From positions 1 to 63,538 of the forward strand of contig JBAXYY010000001.1 of assembly GCA_041670585.1 (NCBI GenBank): a DNA stretch of 63,538 nt, written 5' to 3'. Under the pieces are notes generated by a model. It was not told the origin of the DNA. It saw nothing but the letters and a program-made list of their open reading frames with translations, and did not search any database. Of the stretch, positions 7,879 to 17,916 are shown piece after piece. The stretch comes from Treponema sp. Its GTDB lineage: Bacteria; Spirochaetota; Spirochaetia; Treponematales; Treponemataceae. The translations under genes and the position numbers were made by a program. Position 1 is the stretch's first letter, and each line of letters starts with the position of its first letter.

Positions 7879-8871
7879 ATGGAAAAATTCAATCTCGAGA
7901 AGCTTGCTCAAAGCTATGCTGACGGCACTATGTCGCCAAAAGAGTGTTCGTTGAAACTTATGGAATACGTTTTCCTTCACAAGTCGCTTTTTGGATTAAG
8001 AAGTTTAGACGAAGATGATTTTCTAGACTTCTTACTTTACGAGATGCCTAAATTCGACAGGATTTTTATTCTTTATGATAAAAAAATAGGCACATTCTTT
8101 TCATTCCTACAGTTTACATTAAGGAAAGCTGTAAATGTTTGGAAAAAAATTGAAATAAGAAGCAAAGTTCTAGATGATGAAATTACGACTTCTCAGAAGA
8201 TTCAGATAGAGGAAGATTCTGAAACATATGAGCTTGAGGCAGAAGGCATAGAGTTTATTAAGCAGGAAGATAATTCTAAAATAGAACTTAGCGTGCAGTC
8301 CCCGTTTCAATTTGATAATGACATGACTTATAGATTAGACAAATATAAAGAAGACGATGTAAAGAAAAATAAAATTGCAAATATTCAGAAGGAAATTGTA
8401 TTGATTTTAGCATTAAAATCAATCTTTTATATTGATGATGAATTGATCGACAAAGTTTGCGCCTATACTGGCGTTGATAAAGAAACATTTTTATCTATGC
8501 AGAAGACCCTGAACGCAGAACTTAAGACAAAAATAAAGAGAAGAGAGTCTTGTGTAAAATGCAGGAACAACTCTTATTATTTTCATAGAAAATACTTGCA
8601 GGAATTGCAATATCTTTCTCCACACACTTCATGGTGCAGGCTTATTCAGGAAAAATACGAAAAGCATACTCAAAGTTGGATAAATAAAAACACCCGTTTG
8701 AAAAGAAAAGACTATTATGTTTCAGCCTCTAATCGCGCTGTTGGAAAAGTGCTCAATCTTGACCCTCGCCATGTAAAATATATTCTTGACAAGGCTAACA
8801 ATGTGGACTTATTCAAGCCAAAACAGTATCATATTTCACATGAAAATATATCTTGCAACAGGCAATCTTAA
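7879..8871 (+). CDS. Hypothetical protein, divergent sigma70-family-like
   Basis: RBS AAGGAG; YDKKIGTFFSFLQFTLRKAV resembles sigma region 2.3-2.4; SNRAVGKVLNLDPRHVKYILDKA resembles the region 4.2 HTH. Confidence 0.55.
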   Translation: MEKFNLEKLAQSYADGTMSPKECSLKLMEYVFLHKSLFGLRSLDEDDFLDFLLYEMPKFDRIFILYDKKIGTFFSFLQFTLRKAVNVWKKIEIRSKVLDDEITTSQKIQIEEDSETYELEAEGIEFIKQEDNSKIELSVQSPFQFDNDMTYRLDKYKEDDVKKNKIANIQKEIVLILALKSIFYIDDELIDKVCAYTGVDKETFLSMQKTLNAELKTKIKRRESCVKCRNNSYYFHRKYLQELQYLSPHTSWCRLIQEKYEKHTQSWINKNTRLKRKDYYVSASNRAVGKVLNLDPRHVKYILDKANNVDLFKPKQYHISHENISCNRQS

Positions 8872-9508
8872 TAAAAAAAGGGAAATGCAGGAAATCTTTC
8901 CCGACCATACAATTGTTATTCCAAAAGATGAAGGAATTGAATTCAATCCTAACGAGACAGGCACAACGTTCTATGAAAACAGCATGATAAAGTCTAAGGC
9001 TTTGTGGGACATGGTGCACTGCCCCGTTATCTCTGACGACAGCGGAATTTGCGCAGATGCATTAGACGGCGCTCCAGGAGTCTATTCTTCAAGATACGCT
9101 GGACCTTGTTTTATGAAAGGAAGGCCCGACGGCAAGAAGATTTCACAGTCAGAGCAGAACAAATTTCTTATTGAGCAGGTGAATAAAAGCATTGCAGGCG
9201 GAATTGACACATCTTTATCTGCAAACACGGGTCTTTTTCCAAACGGACCTAGAAGCTGCCGTTATGTGTGCGCAATGGTTCTTTACCTTGGTCCTTCAAG
9301 GTTTTATATTGCCCAGGAAACAATGGAAGGCACTCTTGTTGATTCAATTGAAGATGCTGCTGGAACTGGCGGTTTTGGATACGACCCTCTTGTTTTTCTT
9401 CCTCAGTATGGAAAGACGGCCGCACAAATTTCATCTGAAGAAAAGAACGCTATAAGCCATAGGGGCAAGGCAGCCCGCGCAATAAAGCAAATACTACTTT
9501 CTTTGTAA
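8840..9508 (+). CDS. rdgB: Non-canonical purine NTP pyrophosphatase (RdgB/HAM1)
   Basis: MKIYLATGNLNK, SDDSG, GAPGVYSSRY, GFGYDP, KNAISHRGKA; ATG at 8840. Confidence 0.92.
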   Translation: MKIYLATGNLNKKREMQEIFPDHTIVIPKDEGIEFNPNETGTTFYENSMIKSKALWDMVHCPVISDDSGICADALDGAPGVYSSRYAGPCFMKGRPDGKKISQSEQNKFLIEQVNKSIAGGIDTSLSANTGLFPNGPRSCRYVCAMVLYLGPSRFYIAQETMEGTLVDSIEDAAGTGGFGYDPLVFLPQYGKTAAQISSEEKNAISHRGKAARAIKQILLSL

Positions 9509-9533
9509 ATTAAAAATATTTTCTATTTTTTAT

Positions 9534-9561
9534 TAAAGTTTTAATCATATTCCTCCGATAA
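9534..9561 (+). promoter_or_regulatory. Sigma28 (FliA) promoter of flagellin gene
   Basis: TAAA-N16-TCCGATAA upstream of flaB. Confidence 0.8.
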
Positions 9562-9669
9562 GATACATGAAGAACCATGGCTGCTCAACTTCGTAGAAGA
9601 AAACGGTCAGGAACTTCATGTAAAAGATTGCAGATGTAGCCTTGTAATGCAGATGTAATCTTTTACAAA

Positions 9670-9711
9670 CAGGCAGAAAGGATTCTGTCTGGTACATAAT
9701 TCCATGGAGGA
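9670..9711 (+). promoter_or_regulatory. Putative CsrA-binding sites in flaB leader
   Basis: Hairpin CAGGCAGAA-AGGA-TTCTGTCTG with GGA in the loop, plus ATGGAGGA overlapping the SD; csrA/fliW lie in the window. Confidence 0.6.
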
Positions 9712-9718
9712 AAAAAAT

Positions 9719-10579
9719 ATGGTCATCAACCACAACATGTCCGCAATGTTTTCTAATCGTTCTTTAGGAGTAACTAATCTTAACCTTCAGAAAGATATGG
9801 AAAAACTCTCATCTGGAGAAAAAATCAACCGCGCTGGCGACGATGCTTCAGGACTTGCAGTTTCTGAAAAAATGCGTGCTCAAATTCGCGGTTTGAATCA
9901 GGCTTCTAAGAATGCACAGAATGGTATTAGCTTCATACAGACAACAGAAGGTTATCTGCAGGAAACAACTGATATTATGCAGCGTATTCGTGAGCTTGCT
10001 GTCCAGAGTTCCAACGGTATCTACAGCGATGAAGACCGTATGCAGATTCAGGTCGAAGTAAGCCAGTTAGTAGCTGAAGTTGACCGTGTTGCAAGCCAGG
10101 CTCAGTTCAACGGCATGAATATGCTCACAGGACGCTTTGCCCAGGCAACTGGTGAAAACACACCAACAGGTTCTATGTGGCTCCACATTGGCGCAAACAT
10201 GGATCAGCGTATGAGCGTTTTCATTGGTACAATGACTTCTGCATCACTCGGAATTCGCGAAATTGGAACAGAAGCAGTTATGACAATTGCGGCTCCGGAC
10301 GATGCCAACCGCGCTATAGGCACAATCGATATTGCTCTTAAAAAGATCAATAAACAGCGTGCAGATCTTGGTGCTTACCAGAACCGTCTTGACTATTCTG
10401 TAAAGGGACTGAACATTGCATCTGAAAATACTCAGGCTGCAGAATCAACAATCCGCGATACAGACATGGCCTCACAGATGGTAAACTTTACTAAGAACCA
10501 GATTCTTACACAGGCAGGAACAGCAATGCTTGCACAGGCTAACAGCCAGTCACAAACAGTATTGTCTTTGCTTAAATAG
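9719..10579 (+). CDS. flaB: Flagellar filament core flagellin (FlaB1-like)
   Basis: [17 protein letters not shown]...[27 protein letters not shown]. Confidence 0.97.
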   Translation: MVINHNMSAMFSNRSLGVTNLNLQKDMEKLSSGEKINRAGDDASGLAVSEKMRAQIRGLNQASKNAQNGISFIQTTEGYLQETTDIMQRIRELAVQSSNGIYSDEDRMQIQVEVSQLVAEVDRVASQAQFNGMNMLTGRFAQATGENTPTGSMWLHIGANMDQRMSVFIGTMTSASLGIREIGTEAVMTIAAPDDANRAIGTIDIALKKINKQRADLGAYQNRLDYSVKGLNIASENTQAAESTIRDTDMASQMVNFTKNQILTQAGTAMLAQANSQSQTVLSLLK

Positions 10580-10591
10580 TGTAGTATAATT

Positions 10592-10630
10592 GTTAGTGGA
10601 AGAAGTGGAGAAATCTACTCTTCCGCTAAC
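10592..10630 (+). terminator. Hairpin after first flaB
   Basis: GTTAGTGGAAG-AAGTGGA-GAAA-TCTACT-CTTCCGCTAAC. Confidence 0.55.
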
Positions 10631-10924
10631 TGTGCGGTGTGATTTTACCTCTTAATTCTTCTTCTTTTACAATCAAATCAAACCGTTTTAACAGTGAGCA
10701 TTTGCCCTTTTATTTGGAAAGGGTTTGTTCTTTGAAAATGCTCTTCATGTATACTGTGAACAGTGTGAACAGTTATTTTTTATTGTACAAGGCATTAAAA
10801 TAAAATAACAGTTCCTGCTGTATAGGTCTAAATCAACCGACGGGGGCGCAAAAACCGTCAGCTGCCTGCACAGTAAAGGCGTAAAGCATGATGCTTTATG
10901 TACTGTCACATGGAGGACAAAATT

Positions 10925-11779
10925 ATGGTAATTAATCACAACATGAGTTCAATGTTTGCTAACCGTACACTGGGCGTTTCTGACCAGCAGTTGATGGGCA
11001 ATATTGAAAAGCTTAGCTCTGGAGAAAAAATCAACAGGGCCGGTGATGATGCTTCAGGACTTGCTGTATCTGAAAAGATGCGCAGCCAGATTCGCGGATT
11101 AAACCAGGCTAATAAGAATATCCAGAACGGTGTTTCTTTTATCCAGGCAACAGAGGGATATCTTCAGGAAACTCAAGACATTCTTCAGCGTGTCCGTGAA
11201 CTTTCAGTTCAGTCTGCCAACGGAATTTATTCCGATGAAGACAGAATGCAGATTCAGGTTGAAGTTTCCCAGTTGGTAGCTGAGGTTGACCGTGTAGCGA
11301 GCCAGGCCCAGTTCAACGGTATGAATACACTGACAGGAAGTTTTGCACAAAACTCTGTTTCAGGACGTGTCATGCAGTTCCAAATTGGAGCAAACGTAGA
11401 TCAGAATGCACGTGTCTACATTGGCACAATGACTGCTCAAGCTCTTGGTCTTAGAGGAACACAAGGTTCCAACGAGATGTTAAGCATTTCTACACCAGAC
11501 GTTGCAAATATGGCTATTGCTACAATTGATAGCGCGCTGCAATCTGTTTCTCGCCAGAGAGCTGACTTGGGTGCTTATCAGAATCGTTTCACAATGGCTT
11601 CCAACGGTGTTGCAGTTGCAGCAGAAAACCTTCAGAGCGCGGAATCTGTAATCCGTGATACTGACATGGCTTCTGAAATGGTAAACTACACAAAGAATTC
11701 AATTCTTACACAGTCTGGAACAGCAATGCTTGCACAGGCAAACAGCCAGTCTCAGAACGTTCTTGCATTATTGAAGTAA
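10925..11779 (+). CDS. flaB: Second flagellin (FlaB3-like)
   Basis: Flagellin N- and C-terminal motifs; ATG after ATGGAGGA. Confidence 0.96.
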   Translation: MVINHNMSSMFANRTLGVSDQQLMGNIEKLSSGEKINRAGDDASGLAVSEKMRSQIRGLNQANKNIQNGVSFIQATEGYLQETQDILQRVRELSVQSANGIYSDEDRMQIQVEVSQLVAEVDRVASQAQFNGMNTLTGSFAQNSVSGRVMQFQIGANVDQNARVYIGTMTAQALGLRGTQGSNEMLSISTPDVANMAIATIDSALQSVSRQRADLGAYQNRFTMASNGVAVAAENLQSAESVIRDTDMASEMVNYTKNSILTQSGTAMLAQANSQSQNVLALLK

Positions 11780-11900
11780 AGTAAAAATCATGCTTAGAGT
11801 TTAAGAGAGACCTGGATGTCATCTTTTAACAAAAAGCATGTAGGAGTAAGGAGGGGTGCGCCCCCTTCCCTCTCTTGCATTTTCAGGAGGAAACAAGTCC

Positions 11901-12287
11901 ATGAATACAATAAGTAGTAATGGACAGACGATGGCAATGGATGGCCGCACGCTTAATACCTCCGCAGTAGCATCTCAAGTAAAAAAGAGTTCGGTAGATT
12001 TACCTAAAACAAGTACTCTACCTTCAAGTTCTGCGGAAGTTGCACAGAATATTGCCAATAATCTGGCTAATGTAAAAGAAGATGTCGCCCAGCTGCAAAA
12101 GCTGTCCGATATAGCTATGGGTCACAAGCTTCAGTTCAATGTGAATGAAGACCTTGGTGAAGTAATTATCAAAGTTGTTGATCCTAAGACAAATCAAACA
12201 ATAAGAGAAATTCCATCTGCTGATGTACAAAAAATGCAAATGAGAATTAGCAAAGTAATAGGATTGATATTTGATGAAATGATCTAA
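11901..12287 (+). CDS. flaG: Flagellar protein FlaG
   Basis: LQFNVNEDLGEVIIKVVDPKTNQTIREIPS...GLIFDE; between flaB and fliD; RBS AGGAGG. Confidence 0.88.
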   Translation: MNTISSNGQTMAMDGRTLNTSAVASQVKKSSVDLPKTSTLPSSSAEVAQNIANNLANVKEDVAQLQKLSDIAMGHKLQFNVNEDLGEVIIKVVDPKTNQTIREIPSADVQKMQMRISKVIGLIFDEMI

Positions 12288-12389
12288 GGCTTTAACGCTG
12301 TTACAAGGCAGCGTTGGTCTTATTTCAATTTATTAAGCATTCAGTTTTGTACTGCATGAAAAGATTCATAAATAGGAAGCAGAAAATCT

Positions 12390-14468
12390 ATGGCCGACAG
12401 TATTAGCATTCCTGGAGTTTCAGACAAGTATAATACAAGCGACCTTATAGAAAAGCTAATGGCTGTTGAAAAAAAGCCATTGAATAGAGAAAAAGAATCT
12501 CTAGAAAAATATAAAACACAGCAAACTGCTTGGCGCGACTTAAATCAGAAAATGTCTGATTTGCGTACAAGTGTAAAAGACTTATATTCATTTGAAAATC
12601 CTTTTAACAATAAGTTAGCCTCTTCAACAGATGAAAATGCTATAACAGCAGAAGCTAGCCGTGAAGCAGAATATGGCACTTTTAAAATTGATGTTCTAAA
12701 TCCAGCAACAGCAGACAGGTTTTTAAGTGGTAACATTGACAAGAACATGGAAGTACCAGCAGGTGTCTATGACTATACAGTTGGCGACAAGACTGTGCAT
12801 TTTAATTGGAAAGGCGGCAAACTAAGCGACTGGGTCTCTGGACTAAACAAAAGAGGAAATCAAACTGTAAAGGCAAGCCTTATTGGTGTTTCAAAAGACA
12901 AGCAGACACTTTTAATTGAAAGCCTTAAAACAGGACAAGAGAACAAACTGCAGTTCAAGGAAGAGGCACTTAACTTTGCAAAATCAACAGATATGCTTAA
13001 AGATGTTAAATCAGAAACATCAACTTTCAGCTCTTCTGTTTCATCATATAAAACGCCATCCACTACAGATGATGTTGTTCAAAAAAACATGCCATCAATT
13101 TCAAAGGACAATGTTACTTCTGACGGCAAAAATTTAAAGATTCCTGCTAGAGGCGGTGTGGAAATTGAAATACCCCAGTCAACAAAATCCAACCTTAACA
13201 ACAAAATTGAATTTACTTATTCAGAAAAATCAACAGAAGATATTACAACCTCTATAAACAACAAGGCTTCAGGGCCTTCAATTCCATTATCTGGTGGAAT
13301 AGAATTCAAAGGCGTAAGTGTAGACAACAATCAGAGCGAAACAACACTTTCTCAAATTTCAGAAGAAGAAAAAACTCCTGTTGTTCCAATTTCAAACGGC
13401 AGCACTGTTTTTTTTAAAAATGCAGACGGCACAGAAGAAGAAGTAAACACTTCGAACTTTCAAACAGACGGTGAAACTGGCAAAAAGACAATTTCCATTG
13501 CAATGAAGGATTATCCAAACGCAGAAAGCATTGTTATAAGAAACAGCAGCACAGGAAAAGAAATATCTGTTTCTGTTCCTGAATCATTTGACTCTTCAAA
13601 AGACTTGGGCTATGCGCCGTCACATGCAATTACAACAGCGGATGACGCAAAATTTAAATACGAAGGAATAACTCTCACTCGTTCTACAAATGATGTTGAT
13701 GATGTTGTTCCTAATGTCACCCTTCACATTCATGAGACAACAGACAAAACTGCAACAATAAAAATTTCACCTGACAAAGACAGCGCAAAAAACGCTTTGA
13801 TTACTTTTGTAGGAAAATACAATCAGACTATTGCAGAAATGAATATTCTTTCTCAAGACAAGCCTGAGCTAATTTCAGAGCTTGACTACCTTACTGACGA
13901 TGAGAAAGAGTCAGAAGAAAAAAAACTTGGCATGTTCCAGGGAGATTCCATTCTTTCAAACGGAAAGACTTCTCTTCAAAGAATTGTCTCCGCAAGCTAC
14001 AAATACTCTGACGAAGACACTTTGACTATGCTGGGGCAGATTGGCATTTCAACAAACGCAAGCTCTTCTGGCGGCGGTTACAATGCTACAAAGCTTCGTG
14101 GTTACCTTGAAGTAGATGAAAAGAAACTTGACACTTCACTGGAAACTGACCTTGAGCAAATAAAGCAGATCTTTGGATTTGACAGCGACGGAGACTTAGT
14201 TATTGACAACGGCATTGGCTACAAGCTAGATAAGCAGCTTACTGCATGGGTTCAGTCCGGTGGAATAATTGCTACAAAAAATTCCACCCTAGACAAGACA
14301 ATTAAGAATTCTAATGAAAAAATAGCAAAACTAGAAACTCAAATGGAAGATAAGGAATCTGAATTAAAATCAAAATACGCTTCAATGGAAGGCTCTATAA
14401 ACAGCCTTGAGTCACAATCAAGTACAATAAGCAATTTCTCTAAACAGAATAGCGGTAACAGCAATTAG
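12390..14468 (+). CDS. fliD: Flagellar filament cap protein FliD
   Basis: N-terminal IEKLMAVE, TRSTNDVDDVVPNVTL, C-terminal KYASME...LESQ; gene context. Confidence 0.93.
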   Translation: MADSISIPGVSDKYNTSDLIEKLMAVEKKPLNREKESLEKYKTQQTAWRDLNQKMSDLRTSVKDLYSFENPFNNKLASSTDENAITAEASREAEYGTFKIDVLNPATADRFLSGNIDKNMEVPAGVYDYTVGDKTVHFNWKGGKLSDWVSGLNKRGNQTVKASLIGVSKDKQTLLIESLKTGQENKLQFKEEALNFAKSTDMLKDVKSETSTFSSSVSSYKTPSTTDDVVQKNMPSISKDNVTSDGKNLKIPARGGVEIEIPQSTKSNLNNKIEFTYSEKSTEDITTSINNKASGPSIPLSGGIEFKGVSVDNNQSETTLSQISEEEKTPVVPISNGSTVFFKNADGTEEEVNTSNFQTDGETGKKTISIAMKDYPNAESIVIRNSSTGKEISVSVPESFDSSKDLGYAPSHAITTADDAKFKYEGITLTRSTNDVDDVVPNVTLHIHETTDKTATIKISPDKDSAKNALITFVGKYNQTIAEMNILSQDKPELISELDYLTDDEKESEEKKLGMFQGDSILSNGKTSLQRIVSASYKYSDEDTLTMLGQIGISTNASSSGGGYNATKLRGYLEVDEKKLDTSLETDLEQIKQIFGFDSDGDLVIDNGIGYKLDKQLTAWVQSGGIIATKNSTLDKTIKNSNEKIAKLETQMEDKESELKSKYASMEGSINSLESQSSTISNFSKQNSGNSN

Positions 14469-14477
14469 GAGTAAATT

Positions 14478-15077
14478 ATGACATTAAAAGTAAACGGAAA
14501 GCAAGTTGATATTACTTTGGAGAATGAAAAAACAGTGGGCGAAGTGCTAAAAGCATTTGAGAGCGAAGCGTCAAAAAACGAGGCTACTACAGTCAGCATA
14601 GTTCTTAATGGAAAACCAATTGCCGCAAAAGAATTTGATGAAGCTATAAAAGCACCTATTTCAGACGACACGGTTTTGGAACTTACTGTAGTTTCAAAAA
14701 TTGACATTGAAGATTCTTTTAAAATTTCTTGTAAAGAATTTTCTTCTCTTTCAAAAGAGCTTTTAGACATACCTGTAATGCTTCAAAGTGGAAAAGACAA
14801 AGATGCAAATTTAATTATAACAAAACTTGCTTCTGAAATTGACAGGTTTTGCCATGCAGCAACATTAAGCGCATTGTTTCCTAAATATTATGGAAAATTA
14901 TTGATAGATGGAAAAGAAATAGGCACATTCTTCTCTGAATTTGCTCCAATTCTTTCAGACTTTGAAAAGGCCTTAGAAACTAAGGACACAGTTACTGTTG
15001 GTGATTTAGCAGAATATGAAATCAGCCCAAGACTTAAAAACATTTCGGCTGCTATAAAATCAATAAACAAGGAATAA
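14478..15077 (+). CDS. Conserved hypothetical protein (flagellar cluster)
   Basis: RBS AGGAG; C-terminal DTVTVGDLAEYEISP motif. Confidence 0.75.
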   Translation: MTLKVNGKQVDITLENEKTVGEVLKAFESEASKNEATTVSIVLNGKPIAAKEFDEAIKAPISDDTVLELTVVSKIDIEDSFKISCKEFSSLSKELLDIPVMLQSGKDKDANLIITKLASEIDRFCHAATLSALFPKYYGKLLIDGKEIGTFFSEFAPILSDFEKALETKDTVTVGDLAEYEISPRLKNISAAIKSINKE

Positions 15078-15080
15078 AAT

Positions 15081-16166
15081 ATGGGTTCAGAAAGCGGCTC
15101 ACCTCTTTTAGCAAGACAAAATTCCGGCAACTACACAATTGTTTTTATTGCAATTATTTTTATTGCAATACTGCTTGTGATTTATTTACTTATCAAATGG
15201 ATTAATAAAATTCATTCATCGCCACAATGGGTTGAGTCGCACAAAAATCTTCCTACAACTTTAAAAAACATTAACCATGTTTCAAAAACTTCCAATCTTG
15301 ATAAAAATGAAAAGCTTTTGCTAATAGAGATTTGCTCTAGATACAAACCTTTGAATTTAGAATTTCTTATTAAAAATGAAAAATTAATTGATGATTTATT
15401 TAAGCAGGAATTTCAATTTCTGAATAAAGAAAACGACACTGACAAAATCACAATTTTATTTTTGCTACGATATAAATTAGAAAAAACATATAAAAATTCT
15501 TTGATAATAACTTCATCAAAAAGCATTATTGCCGGTCAGCAGCTTATCTACACAGACAGAAGAGGAACTCTTTGGACTCTTTCTGTTTATGAAAACAACA
15601 ACCAAGGGCTTTTTATTTCACTGCCTCAATCTTTTGCATCTAGTAACATAAAGCCAGAGCAGCTTTCTAAATTGAATATAACATTTACTTCAAACACAGG
15701 AATTGCTTATATTATGATAGCAAGAGTTGTTAGATATGAACAGGGAAAAGACGGAGCAACTCTTATGCTTTTAGCTCACACTAACAGCTTAAGGGCCTTG
15801 CAAAGACGTAATTCAAAACGAATGACACTTAATACAAAATGCACATTTTCAGCAGTTGATGTTTCCAAAAATAGTGATGATGAAAAAAATACAACTTACA
15901 CGCCTAAACAGAATAAATACGAAGGTACAATTCAAGACATCTCATCAAATGGATGTAGAGTTAATTGCACACTTCCTATTCATCAAGGTCAATTTATTTC
16001 TGTAAACTTTAGCATTGACGGAACAAAAACTGATAATGCCATAGGTCTAATTGTCAGCACGACTGCTACATCTGACAACACTCATTATATTTTGCATATT
16101 CAGTTTGTTAAAATAACTAAATCTGTACGTAACAGAATTTACGCACTTATTTACAATTATTTATAA
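15081..16166 (+). CDS. Membrane-anchored PilZ-domain c-di-GMP receptor (YcgR-like)
   Basis: N-terminal TM helix; QRRNSKR (RxxxR) and DISSNG (DxSxxG). Confidence 0.85.
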   Translation: MGSESGSPLLARQNSGNYTIVFIAIIFIAILLVIYLLIKWINKIHSSPQWVESHKNLPTTLKNINHVSKTSNLDKNEKLLLIEICSRYKPLNLEFLIKNEKLIDDLFKQEFQFLNKENDTDKITILFLLRYKLEKTYKNSLIITSSKSIIAGQQLIYTDRRGTLWTLSVYENNNQGLFISLPQSFASSNIKPEQLSKLNITFTSNTGIAYIMIARVVRYEQGKDGATLMLLAHTNSLRALQRRNSKRMTLNTKCTFSAVDVSKNSDDEKNTTYTPKQNKYEGTIQDISSNGCRVNCTLPIHQGQFISVNFSIDGTKTDNAIGLIVSTTATSDNTHYILHIQFVKITKSVRNRIYALIYNYL

Positions 16167-16232
16167 TACATGCAATTACATACACATATTGCATATTGTA
16201 ATAATTATAAATTTAAGATATTGTGGAGAGTT

Positions 16233-16496
16233 ATGAAAGTTTTGGAGTTAAAATCTATTTCAAAAAAAGAAGACGGCATTTATTATCTTCAAAGGTATAA
16301 AGCCACAGCAGTTCTTGAAATGCCTCATAATACCTTGGAGTTTCCTTTTTCTTTTTCAATTGAAACAGGTCCTCTTGGAAATAAAACAATAGAGCTTGAC
16401 GAGCTGCCAAACGATTTTAATTATCCAGTCTTTCCAATTATTAAATCATTAAAAGAATTTATAATAGACTTAATCAAAAAAGGAAAATTATCGTGA
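16233..16496 (+). CDS. Small hypothetical protein
   Basis: ATG after GGAGAG; overlaps tsaE start. Confidence 0.65.
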   Translation: MKVLELKSISKKEDGIYYLQRYKATAVLEMPHNTLEFPFSFSIETGPLGNKTIELDELPNDFNYPVFPIIKSLKEFIIDLIKKGKLS

Positions 16497-16978
16497 TTTC
16501 TTTTACAACACATTCATCAGAAGAGACAATTTCTCTTGGAGAAAAAATCGGTTCGCTTTTAAAGCCTGGGGATATTATTGCAATGACGGGTACACTTGCC
16601 GCAGGAAAAACAACAATTACTAAAGGCATTGCAAAAGCGCTTGGCGTTAAGGACACAATCACAAGCCCTACATTCTGCTTAATAAGCGAGTATGCAGGGG
16701 ACAAAATGCCTCTTTACCACATGGACGTGTACCGCCTTGATGGTGTTGAAGACTTTATAAACCTTGGTGTAGACGACATGCTTTTTGGCGAAGGCGTGTG
16801 CATTATTGAATGGAGCGAAAAAGTTGAGTCTGAGCTTCCAAAGAACACAATTTGGATGACAATTGTTCCAGGAAACGACGGCTCTAGAAAAATCACGCTT
16901 GAAAACTGGAGCAACGGAGATATTGAAGGGAGCGATGAAAGCAAAAACATAAATATGAAAACAAGAGGACTAATTTAA
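16493..16978 (+). CDS. tsaE: tRNA t6A biosynthesis ATPase TsaE
   Basis: GTLAAGKT, ITSPTF, HMDVYRL, IIEW. Confidence 0.95.
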   Translation: MISFTTHSSEETISLGEKIGSLLKPGDIIAMTGTLAAGKTTITKGIAKALGVKDTITSPTFCLISEYAGDKMPLYHMDVYRLDGVEDFINLGVDDMLFGEGVCIIEWSEKVESELPKNTIWMTIVPGNDGSRKITLENWSNGDIEGSDESKNINMKTRGLI

Positions 16979-17655
16979 TGAAAGCACTTGCTATAGATTG
17001 CGCGGTTTCTAGAATTACAGTTGCCGCTAAGAATGAATCTCACATTGTAAAACTTTCACTTGATGTTGGAATGAAGCAGTCTGAAAAACTTCTTCCAGCA
17101 ATTGACTATGTTTTGAAAGAAGCTGAGCTTACTTCTAAAGAACTTGATTATACAACATTAACTTTGGGACCAGGAACATTCACAGGCTTACGCTTAGGAA
17201 TTAGCGCTCTAAAGGCAATGCAGCTTGCTAACGGCACTCCAATTTACGGCATACCTTCTTTAGACGCTTACGCCTACCCTTACAAGTCAGCAGTGGAAAC
17301 TGTTCTTGCTGTAATAGATGGCAAACGCGATATGTTCTACAATTCATTTTACTGCCGTGGAGAAAAACTTTTCGGTCCTGACGACATGAAGATTGCTGAC
17401 ATCATCAAACAGATTGATCCAGAGACAGAAGTTCTAGTTTGCGGGCCAGATGCTAAGCTTTTTGTAGACATGGTAAATGAACAGACCCCTCTTTATTCAA
17501 TTCATTGCTTTACGCCTTCAATGGATTCAACAGAGAGTCTTTTTTATATTTCAGAGCAGATGATTGCAGAAAAAAAACCGGCCCTTGCAGAATATGAAGG
17601 ACCGTTGTATGTAAGAAAAAGCGAAGCTGAAGTTTTGCACGACGCACAGAATTAA
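16978..17655 (+). CDS. tsaB: tRNA t6A biosynthesis protein TsaB
   Basis: ALAID, GPGTFTGLRLG, PLYVR. Confidence 0.93.
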   Translation: MKALAIDCAVSRITVAAKNESHIVKLSLDVGMKQSEKLLPAIDYVLKEAELTSKELDYTTLTLGPGTFTGLRLGISALKAMQLANGTPIYGIPSLDAYAYPYKSAVETVLAVIDGKRDMFYNSFYCRGEKLFGPDDMKIADIIKQIDPETEVLVCGPDAKLFVDMVNEQTPLYSIHCFTPSMDSTESLFYISEQMIAEKKPALAEYEGPLYVRKSEAEVLHDAQN

Positions 17656-17691
17656 GGGAGTCTCTAAAAACTTCAGCTTTTAGAGATGCCT
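17656..17691. repeat. ~35-bp palindromic repeat filling the whole tsaB/csrA convergent gap
   Basis: TAA|GGGAGTCTCTAAAAACTTCAGCTTTTAGAGATGCCT|TTA. Confidence 0.85.
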
Positions 17692-17916
17692 TTAATTTTT
17701 GTCGAAAAGTTTGTTTAATTCCTCAACAGACGGTTGAGCTGCAGCTGCTTTGTTTTCATTTTGTATAGCTTCAAAAACTTCTTGTCTGAACACTTTTACA
17801 TTTTTTGGAGCCTCTACGCCAATTTTAACTTGGTCGCCACGAACTTCAATAATTGTAAGGGTTATGTCATTTCCAATTTTTATCTTCTGGTCAACTTTGC
17901 GTGAAAGGATTAGCAT
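17692..17916 (-). CDS. csrA: Carbon storage regulator CsrA
   Basis: MLILSRK...[18 protein letters not shown]. Confidence 0.97.
   Translation of the reverse strand: MLILSRKVDQKIKIGNDITLTIIEVRGDQVKIGVEAPKNVKVFRQEVFEAIQNENKAAAAQPSVEELNKLFDKN

Noticed and set aside
10825-10870. c-di-GMP-I riboswitch upstream of second flaB (GGGCGCAAAA)
   Set aside because: No GGCAAA/GNRA-tetraloop P2 arm or matching P3 receptor; only a simple hairpin
9704-11900. Upstream starts listed in the ORF track for flaB, flaB and flaG (9704, 10898, 11856)
   Set aside because: Shine-Dalgarno position and family N-termini favour 9719, 10925 and 11901
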